Source: a virus. From it: a stretch of 5,714 nucleotides of DNA. Below the pieces are notes generated by a model, which was given only the letters and a program-made list of their open reading frames with translations, had not been told where the DNA came from and searched no databases. Below are positions 1 to 4,516 of the stretch, piece after piece. Position 1 is the first letter of the stretch. Each line of letters opens with the position of its first letter. Location of the stretch: IMG/VR virus record IMGVR_UViG_3300029171_000148, positions 1-5,714 of that record. One strand, written 5' to 3'. The position numbers were made by a program, and so were the translations under genes.

Positions 1-87
1 ATTTCTGCTGCTGTGCTTGTGTTGAAGTTTGTTTGTTTGGTTTGGTTTTCTTGTAGTGCTTTTCTGATAGCTACTTCTTTTTCTGCT
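1..87. repeat. Terminal redundancy, copy 1 (circular-closure overlap), identical to 5628-5714
   Basis: Base-by-base comparison shows nt 1-87 (atttctgctgctgtgcttg...ctacttctttttctgct) equal nt 5628-5714. The identity stops only where the window ends. Implied unit length is 5,627 nt. Confidence 0.95.
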
Positions 88-992
88 ATGCTGAGTTTGT
101 CCCATTCTCGTTGGTTTGCTCTTTCGTTTTGTAGTACGTCATTTGCTATTTTTGCGATTTGTTGGTTTACGAGTTTTATGTCTGCGTCTCCCTTTACTAG
201 TCCTTGTTGTTGTGCTTTGATTGCTAGCCCTTGTTGTTCTACTGCTTTGTTTACCAGTGTGATTCTTGATCCTACCGTGTCTGTGTCTACTTGTCCTTTT
301 GCCAGTGCGCTTGCTGCTTCGCCCGCTGCTTTTGCTTGTTCGTTGCTGATTTGTTCTATCTTTACTTCTTTCGTTAGGCTTGCGATTTCTGCATCTATTG
401 CGTCTATTGCTGCTTTTGATTTTAGGCTCTTTTTTAGCTCTTCTAAGTTTGTGATTTCTGCTTTCTTTTTTGCTGTTTCTGTTTCGATGTTCGTCTTTTC
501 TGCTCCTTTGTTTACTGCGTCTGCTTCTTTGTTCTTAGTATCTGCTTCTATGTTTTCTTTCTGTGCTTTGTTTAGGTTTAGTGATTGTATTGCTTGTATT
601 GCCATTCCTAGTTCTCCTGATCCTCCTGCCGCTTGGCCTCCTGATACCTGGCCTCCTCCGCCTCCTTGTGTTGTGCCTCCTGATCCTGCTCCACCGTACA
701 TGAGTCCTACGTTTAGTCCTGCTTCTTGCATTTGTCTGCGTTGTGCTTCGTATCCTGTTTTCTCCCATGTTTCTAGTGCTAGTCCTTGGTTGAATTCTCC
801 CATTTCTTTGCTTCCGGCTATCTGCATGTCTTGCAGTTTTTGTTGTTGTCTGATTTGTCGTTTGTCTTGCCAGTTTGCTGTTGCTAGTCCTAGTCCTGCT
901 CCTATTGCTCCTGATGCCATTGATAAGTTGTCCATGTTTTTTGTGTTTAAGTTTGTGTTTCTTTCGCGTCTTTCTTTGAAAGCGTTACCCAT
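1..992 (-). CDS. VP2: Minor capsid / DNA pilot protein VP2 (phiX174 H-like role), N-terminal part. The ORF runs off the left edge and continues at 5627->5501 on the circle, giving 372 aa from ATG 992. Alternative in-frame ATGs lie at 1001 and 935.
   Basis: Hand translation of the minus strand gives MGNAFKERRERNTNLNTKN MDNLSMASGAIGAGLGLATANWQDKRQIRQQQKLQDMQIAGSKEMGEFNQGLALETWEKTGYEAQRRQMQEAGLNVGLMYGGAGSGGTTQGGGGGQVSGGQAAGGSGELGMAIQAIQSLNLNKAQKENIEADTKNKEADAVNKGAEKTNIETETAKKKAEITNLEELKK..., with no stop down to nt 1. A small G/A-rich hydrophobic N-terminus, then AGLN..LMYGG, a Gly tract (about nt 612-701) and a long K/E/A/Q-rich helical region is the usual non-phiX microvirus VP2 architecture. 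The frame joins cleanly across the junction (992+127 = 1119 nt = 373 codons). Codon usage (NNA/NNC) matches the other genes. Confidence 0.8.
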   Translation of the reverse strand, partial: MGNAFKERRERNTNLNTKNMDNLSMASGAIGAGLGLATANWQDKRQIRQQQKLQDMQIAGSKEMGEFNQGLALETWEKTGYEAQRRQMQEAGLNVGLMYGGAGSGGTTQGGGGGQVSGGQAAGGSGELGMAIQAIQSLNLNKAQKENIEADTKNKEADAVNKGAEKTNIETETAKKKAEITNLEELKKSLKSKAAIDAIDAEIASLTKEVKIEQISNEQAKAAGEAASALAKGQVDTDTVGSRITLVNKAVEQQGLAIKAQQQGLVKGDADIKLVNQQIAKIANDVLQNERANQREWDKLSIAEKEVAIRKALQENQTKQTNFNTSTAAE

Positions 993-1034
993 ATAGTTCA
1001 TATATATAAATACATGCGTACCGCCCCTTTTTGG

Positions 1035-1409
1035 TTAAATTTTGGGCTCTGAGGTGCCTTGTATTGACTTGGCTTCGCCATCTGTTCCGTCTTTTTTGTC
1101 TTTTGCGCGTTCTTCGCGTCTTGCTTTGTAGCTTTTTGCGATTTTGTCCTGTGCTTCGATTGCTATTTCGAATCTGTCTGTTCTTATGTTTGTGCTTGGT
1201 CTTACTCCTTCCTTTCTTTCTATGTATAGTATTGGTGCCCCGTCTTTTATAGGTTCCTTGTTGCTAACTATCCTTTCGATTTTTTGTTCTATTGTTTCTC
1301 CTTCTACGCTAGTATTTACTACTAGTTTTGTAGGTAGGTATGCGTTTTGTGTGTAGCTTTTCATAATTTTTCTGAATTTTAGTGTTTTGTGTATGTAGTT
1401 TTCTAGCAT
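1035..1409 (-). CDS. Small conserved-looking virion/assembly protein, 124 aa (109 aa if started at ATG 1364). It sits between VP1 and VP2. It may be a scaffold (VP3-like) by position, but function is not established.
   Basis: The ORF is in the track and has the same NNA/NNC codon usage as VP1. It begins 10 nt downstream of the hairpin. The segment APILYIERKEGVRPSTNIRTDRFEIAIEAQDKIAKSY resembles a motif I recall from small proteins of gut microviruses. It lacks the LPxxxRxxFxNxPxxF motif I associate with classical gokushovirus VP3. The C-terminus is charged and disordered-looking. Confidence 0.7.
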   Translation of the reverse strand: MLENYIHKTLKFRKIMKSYTQNAYLPTKLVVNTSVEGETIEQKIERIVSNKEPIKDGAPILYIERKEGVRPSTNIRTDRFEIAIEAQDKIAKSYKARREERAKDKKDGTDGEAKSIQGTSEPKI

Positions 1410-1419
1410 TGTTTTTGTT

Positions 1420-1440
1420 AGGGGGGTTTTTCACCCCCCT
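1420..1440. terminator. Perfect GC hairpin in the 38-nt VP1/next-gene spacer (8-bp stem including G6:C6, 5-nt loop). Terminator-like or mRNA/ssDNA structural element.
   Basis: aGGGGGGt-ttttc-aCCCCCCt pairs a1420:t1440, g1421-1426:c1434-1439 and t1427:a1433. It lies 8 nt downstream of the VP1 stop. On the + strand it is followed by a T-run (gttttgatt). On the coding strand it is followed by an A-rich sequence with no U-tract. Confidence 0.4.
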
Positions 1441-1447
1441 GTTTTGA

Positions 1448-3451
1448 TTATAAGTTTGGTATTACTTTTGCACTCATTTTTCTGCGTGCAGTTATGTTTA
1501 CTCCTATTTGACACCAGAAGTTTTGTGCGTCTCTTCGTGTGTCTGCAAATATGTGGTTGAATTTGCTAGGGTCTATGTACGTTGTTAAGTCCTTTATTGT
1601 TACTGCTGTTCCGTCAGGGCTTGTTACTCCGTATCTTCTGTTTAGTACCATGAACATTTGTTGGTTTTGGTCTGCGAAGTTTCCTCGTACTACGTTTACG
1701 TTTGTCATGTAGTTTATCCATGCTGGTTGTTTCCCTGCGCTTTTGAATGTTGGTGTTCCTGCTGCGTTTAGTGGTGTGTCGTACCATGCCATTTGGTCTG
1801 TTACTAAGTCTTGGAATCCTATTTCGTCCAGTGCTGGTTTGTGGAAGTCGTTCATTGTTACCAAGTTTACGTCCCATTTGTTTCCTTGTGAGTAGTCTAC
1901 GTTTGGTGTGATTGATACGATTCCCATGATGTAGCTTGGTTCGTCTATTTTTGCTATTACGTGTCCTCCTTTGTTTTTGCTTCCCATTTTACCGCGTCCT
2001 GCTAGTGTTCCTAATGGTTGGTTTAGGCTTCTGCTGTTTGATACTACTTCTTGGAATACTAAGTTTTTGATTAATCCTCCTAAGTACATTGGGTTTTCTG
2101 CGCTTCTTTGTCTGTCGTGTGTGTATACTGCATCTAACCAATCATCGTATGATCCTCCGCTTAGTGCTATTCTGTTGAGCATGTCGTATACCTTTTTGCT
2201 TAGGTTTAGCTCGTCTATTGTGAATGATCCGTCTGATGTGTCGATTGCCGTTACTGCGCTGATTCCGTCTGGTCCGTCTATCCATTCTGTGCTTATCCAG
2301 TTGTTGAATAGGTCACTGTTGTATGTTTTCAGTGCTAATCCTTCTTGACCGTATGTTTTGCTGTATCTTACGCTTAAGTCAGATAGTGTTACGAATTGTA
2401 GTGCTGTTCCGTAGGGTGCTTCGTCTGTGTTGTTAATGTCCAATGGTAAGTCCATTTGTTGGATTAACAGTCGTTTGCGCATAGTGTCTATGTTTTCTAG
2501 AGGGAATGTGAGTATTTCTGGTTCAGCATTTAGTGTGTCTGTTCCAGCGTTGTCGTATTCTACGTTTCCGAATTCCCAAAGTATGTTTATGAATTCAGGT
2601 TTTGGATTGCTTCCGATTAAGTTGTTGTTTACGTTTTCCCATGTGTTGAATATTGCGTCTCCGGGTAGTATTGTGTCCAGGCTTGTGTAGAATCTTAGGT
2701 TTGATGGACTTGATGCTTCTGTGATTCCCGTGCCTGTTATTGTTACTGATGTCCCCGCTACCATTACCACTTGTTCGAATGTGTAAGGTGGTGTTGCGTC
2801 TACTGGTATTGTTACGCTTCCGTATTGTGTGTCGTTGAATTTGCAGCTTGTTAAGTCTACTGTTTCTTCTGTCGGGTTTTTGTGTATCATTGCCCCGATT
2901 TCTTCTTGTTTGTTTGCGTAGTAGTTTTTGTATATGTCCCAGTATCCTAGGTATGGTACTGCGTTGAAGTATCTAATTGGTTTTCCTCCTGCTACTTCGT
3001 ATCCTAGTCCTCTGATTCCCAAGTATGAGAATATACAGCTTGGGTTTATGTGTTGGTTGTCTAAGTTTAATGTTAGGTCTATTGGATTTGCGTCCATTAG
3101 TATGCGTGGTAACCATATTTTTGACATGTCCATTCCTATGCCTAGCATGTTCATGTGTAATGCTCCTTGGTATAGTCTAATTGGTATCTGGAATGTGTCT
3201 AGTTGTACTTTGTAGCTTCCGAATAGTGGTCCTATTGTTGGGTGTGTTAGAACGTCACAGTTTAAGTCTATGTCGAATGTGTCTCCGGGTAGTGCTACCT
3301 CGCTCATGAATGGTACTAGTGTTCCTGCTGACATTGTTGATCTCCATACGTATGAGAGGTCGTGTGTGCTTCTTTCGTAGTTTTTCAGGTATGCTTTCAT
3401 TTTGTTACCTGATCCGAGGCGTTGTCCGCCTATTGTGATTTCGTGTCCCAT
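1448..3451 (-). CDS. VP1: Major capsid protein VP1 (Microviridae F-protein family), 667 aa
   Basis: This is the longest ORF. Its N-terminal signature YERSTHDLSYVWRSTMSAGTLVPFMSEVALPGDTFDIDLNCDVLTHPTIGPLFGSYKVQLDTFQIPIRLY fits the R..(F/H)DLS....T...G.L.P......LPGD.F...... pattern of Microviridae capsid proteins. At 667 aa it is far longer than phiX174 F (~430 aa) and longer than typical gokushovirus VP1, implying large surface insertions. The start lies 3 nt after the upstream stop (TAAATTATG). Confidence 0.93.
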   Translation of the reverse strand: MGHEITIGGQRLGSGNKMKAYLKNYERSTHDLSYVWRSTMSAGTLVPFMSEVALPGDTFDIDLNCDVLTHPTIGPLFGSYKVQLDTFQIPIRLYQGALHMNMLGIGMDMSKIWLPRILMDANPIDLTLNLDNQHINPSCIFSYLGIRGLGYEVAGGKPIRYFNAVPYLGYWDIYKNYYANKQEEIGAMIHKNPTEETVDLTSCKFNDTQYGSVTIPVDATPPYTFEQVVMVAGTSVTITGTGITEASSPSNLRFYTSLDTILPGDAIFNTWENVNNNLIGSNPKPEFINILWEFGNVEYDNAGTDTLNAEPEILTFPLENIDTMRKRLLIQQMDLPLDINNTDEAPYGTALQFVTLSDLSVRYSKTYGQEGLALKTYNSDLFNNWISTEWIDGPDGISAVTAIDTSDGSFTIDELNLSKKVYDMLNRIALSGGSYDDWLDAVYTHDRQRSAENPMYLGGLIKNLVFQEVVSNSRSLNQPLGTLAGRGKMGSKNKGGHVIAKIDEPSYIMGIVSITPNVDYSQGNKWDVNLVTMNDFHKPALDEIGFQDLVTDQMAWYDTPLNAAGTPTFKSAGKQPAWINYMTNVNVVRGNFADQNQQMFMVLNRRYGVTSPDGTAVTIKDLTTYIDPSKFNHIFADTRRDAQNFWCQIGVNITARRKMSAKVIPNL

Positions 3452-3454
3452 AAT

Positions 3455-3898
3455 TTAGTTTGTTTTAAGTGTGTCGATTTTTTGTTGTTCGTTTTCTTTG
3501 ATCATTATCAGGATGATTTGCATTATCCTGTTCCATGACGCGTCTTTTGCGTCTTCTTTTACCATTTCTAGGCTTGGCATTACTTCTGATAGTCTGTATT
3601 TTCCTAGTGTTAGGAACCATTTGTCATCTAGTTTTACCGCTGTGAATGGTGTGTCTTCGATTGGTACTTGTTCGAGTAGTTGTCTGCTACCGGATGGTAT
3701 GTTTTCGGGCCCCATCTTTACGGGGCCGCCTTCCGCTTTTAGCCCCGCAGGGCCGATTTTTTCGGCTCCGTTTTTGTCCCATTCTGGGAATAGTTTTTCT
3801 TGTTTTGGGTCTGGTATATCTGTTTCTTCAAATGTTGAGTTTAAGTTGTTTGTCTTCGGTGTATATTTCCGTGATTGTGACGATTCCTTGGTTTCCAT
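3455..3898 (-). CDS. Hypothetical protein, 147 aa (ORFan). The N-terminal half is polar, Pro/Gly-rich and disordered-looking. The C-terminal half looks structured.
   Basis: The ORF is in the track. It has 7 T-ending codons of 147 by my count, matching the genome-wide T3 avoidance that is absent from the noncoding region. Its stop lies 3 nt before the VP1 ATG. I recognise no motif. The internal GC-rich patch (nt ~3707-3770) encodes GPAGLKAEGGPVKMGP. Confidence 0.7.
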   Translation of the reverse strand: METKESSQSRKYTPKTNNLNSTFEETDIPDPKQEKLFPEWDKNGAEKIGPAGLKAEGGPVKMGPENIPSGSRQLLEQVPIEDTPFTAVKLDDKWFLTLGKYRLSEVMPSLEMVKEDAKDASWNRIMQIILIMIKENEQQKIDTLKTN

Positions 3899-4013
3899 TG
3901 TGTTGTATATGTTTTTTAGTGTGTACTAATATGTATTTTTTTTCTGCCATTCTTTGACTTATTTCCTCTCCGGTTTCCCGGAGGACTCTTATTTTTCGTG
4001 TGCTCCATAGCAT
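3828..4013 (-). CDS. Hypothetical small protein, 61 aa. Its last 71 nt overlap the start of the 147-aa ORF in the +1 relationship.
   Basis: The ATG lies 1 nt after the upstream stop (TAACATG) and is preceded by aaGAGGtaattaacATG, a Shine-Dalgarno-like GAGG with 8-nt spacing. The non-overlapping part (3899-4013) keeps the T-poor, NNA/NNC codon style. No homology is recognisable. Confidence 0.5.
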   Translation of the reverse strand: MLWSTRKIRVLRETGEEISQRMAEKKYILVHTKKHIQHNGNQGIVTITEIYTEDKQLKLNI

Positions 4014-4014
4014 G

Positions 4015-4317
4015 TTAATTACCTCTTTGTAGTGCTTTTAGGAATTCTTCGTTTTCCTCTTGTTTCTCGCTGAGGATTGCGCTGACGTCCTTTACGATTT
4101 GTTCGCTTAGTCCGCTGCGTTTCATGTAATCCTTTGCTTTGATTAGTAACGCAATTTCCTTAATTGTTTCTGTTACTGTTTTCATTGTGTTTTTTATGTT
4201 TTTTATGTTTATGCGCTGAAGTACCTCTCCAGCATTATGCATGCAAGTAAGTAAATTATTAGGAGTATTGCAACTCCTACCCATGTGTTTTTTTCGTTTC
4301 TGTTCATTTCTAATCAT
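4015..4317 (-). CDS. Hypothetical small helical protein. The maximal ORF is 100 aa from ATG 4317, but the likely true start is ATG 4185 (56 aa: MKTVTETIKEIALLIKAKDYMKRSGLSEQIVKDVSAILSEKQEENEEFLKALQRGN).
   Basis: The ORF is in the track. ATG 4317 has a GGGAG 10 nt upstream. However, the first 44 codons contain 15 T-ending codons, against 1 of 60 in VP1. They also span a hairpin, an 8-bp palindrome and tandem repeats, so they look noncoding. The last 56 codons have 5 T-ending codons and an A-rich leader. Confidence 0.55.
   Translation of the reverse strand: MIRNEQKRKKHMGRSCNTPNNLLTCMHNAGEVLQRINIKNIKNTMKTVTETIKEIALLIKAKDYMKRSGLSEQIVKDVSAILSEKQEENEEFLKALQRGN
4190..4213. repeat. Tandem direct repeat TTTTTTATG x2 followed by TTTATG (coding strand CATAAAAAA x2)
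   Basis: Read directly: 4190-4198 and 4199-4207 are identical 9-mers, and 4208-4213 is a truncated copy. The repeat lies immediately upstream of ATG 4185. Confidence 0.85.
4260..4279. other. Inverted repeat / hairpin TAGGAGT-attgca-ACTCCTA (7-bp stem, 6-nt loop)
   Basis: Pairing t4260:a4279 through t4266:a4273 was verified base by base. The 8-bp palindrome TGCATGCA lies nearby at 4238-4245. Confidence 0.8.
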
Positions 4318-4325
4318 TTTCTAAT
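4305..4325. repeat. Imperfect tandem repeat CATTTCTAAT / CATTTTCTAAT
   Basis: 4305-4314 and 4315-4325 differ by one extra T. Each unit carries a minus-strand ATG (4307, 4317). It is followed by TCGT-TCGT-TCGC at 4339-4350. Confidence 0.8.
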
Positions 4326-4338
4326 TTCTCCCTAACTA

Positions 4339-4508
4339 TCGTTCGTTCGCCTCTGTATTTGCCTCATATGCCTGCCTTTGGAGGAAGGCGTTGGTATGGC
4401 CTTGCGCGGGACGGAGCTGCAGCCTGACGGGTTTTACGTAGGCGTTTACCCTATACGGAGTGCGATAGGGATGTCTCAGCCCGGGCGCGTTTCGCGTATC
4501 GCCATATG
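4339..4508. other. GC-rich, palindrome-dense noncoding island between the VP4 stop and the small-ORF cluster. Candidate replication origin (complementary-strand or Rep nick site) or regulatory element.
   Basis: Hand count of 4381-4500 gives 73/120 G+C (61%), against 30-45% in three coding rows counted. T:A is 28:19, against roughly 3:1 or more elsewhere. It contains CATATG at both ends (4365-4370, 4503-4508), GCTGCAGC (4416-4423), TACGTA (4435-4440) and GCCCGGGC (4479-4486). Hairpins are GCCTT-n6-AAGGC (4374-4389), CCCTAT-n10-ATAGGG (4449-4470) and CGCG-ttt-CGCG (4486-4496). There is no ATG-initiated ORF on the coding strand. Confidence 0.6.
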
Positions 4509-4516
4509 TTTTTGTA

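Noticed and set aside
1-87. Terminal repeats as biological direct terminal repeats, LTRs or a mobile-element boundary
   Set aside because: The repeat is an exact direct duplication truncated by the window end. It lies inside a single continuous reading frame (VP2) that is restored only by circularisation. That is typical of an assembly overlap on a circular genome.
13-996. 327-aa + strand ORF, the longest + strand ORF in the track
   Set aside because: Its translation is low-complexity and Cys/Phe/Ser/Leu/Ala-rich (e.g. FSCSAFLIATSFSAMLSLSHS). It lies exactly antisense to a well-formed VP2 reading frame. The T-rich, A-poor + strand has few stop codons (TAA/TAG/TGA all need A), so long spurious ORFs are expected.
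999-1015. TA-rich tract (coding strand TATTTATATATATG) as a sigma70-type -10 box. More generally, promoter calls anywhere in the window.
   Set aside because: No acceptable -35 (TTGACA-like) lies at 16-18 nt spacing. No Bacteroidota-type TAnnTTTG is found in the noncoding stretches either. The evidence is too weak to annotate a promoter.
1614-1877. Basic alternate-frame minus-strand ORFs inside VP1 (1614-1877, 87 aa) and VP4 (4941-5159, 72 aa)
   Set aside because: The Lys/Arg/Asn/Thr-rich products are what an A-rich coding strand yields in shifted frames. They have no start context and no independent support. The VP2-embedded one is kept only as a low-interest hypothesis.
3936-3943. A8 run (T8 on +) in the 61-aa ORF as an A_AAA_AAA -1 slippery site, or as an indel hotspot joining it to the 147-aa ORF
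   Set aside because: Traced by hand, the -1 frame hits TAA after 7 codons and the +1 frame hits TAG (3928-3926) after 2 codons. No extended product can arise from a shift at this run.
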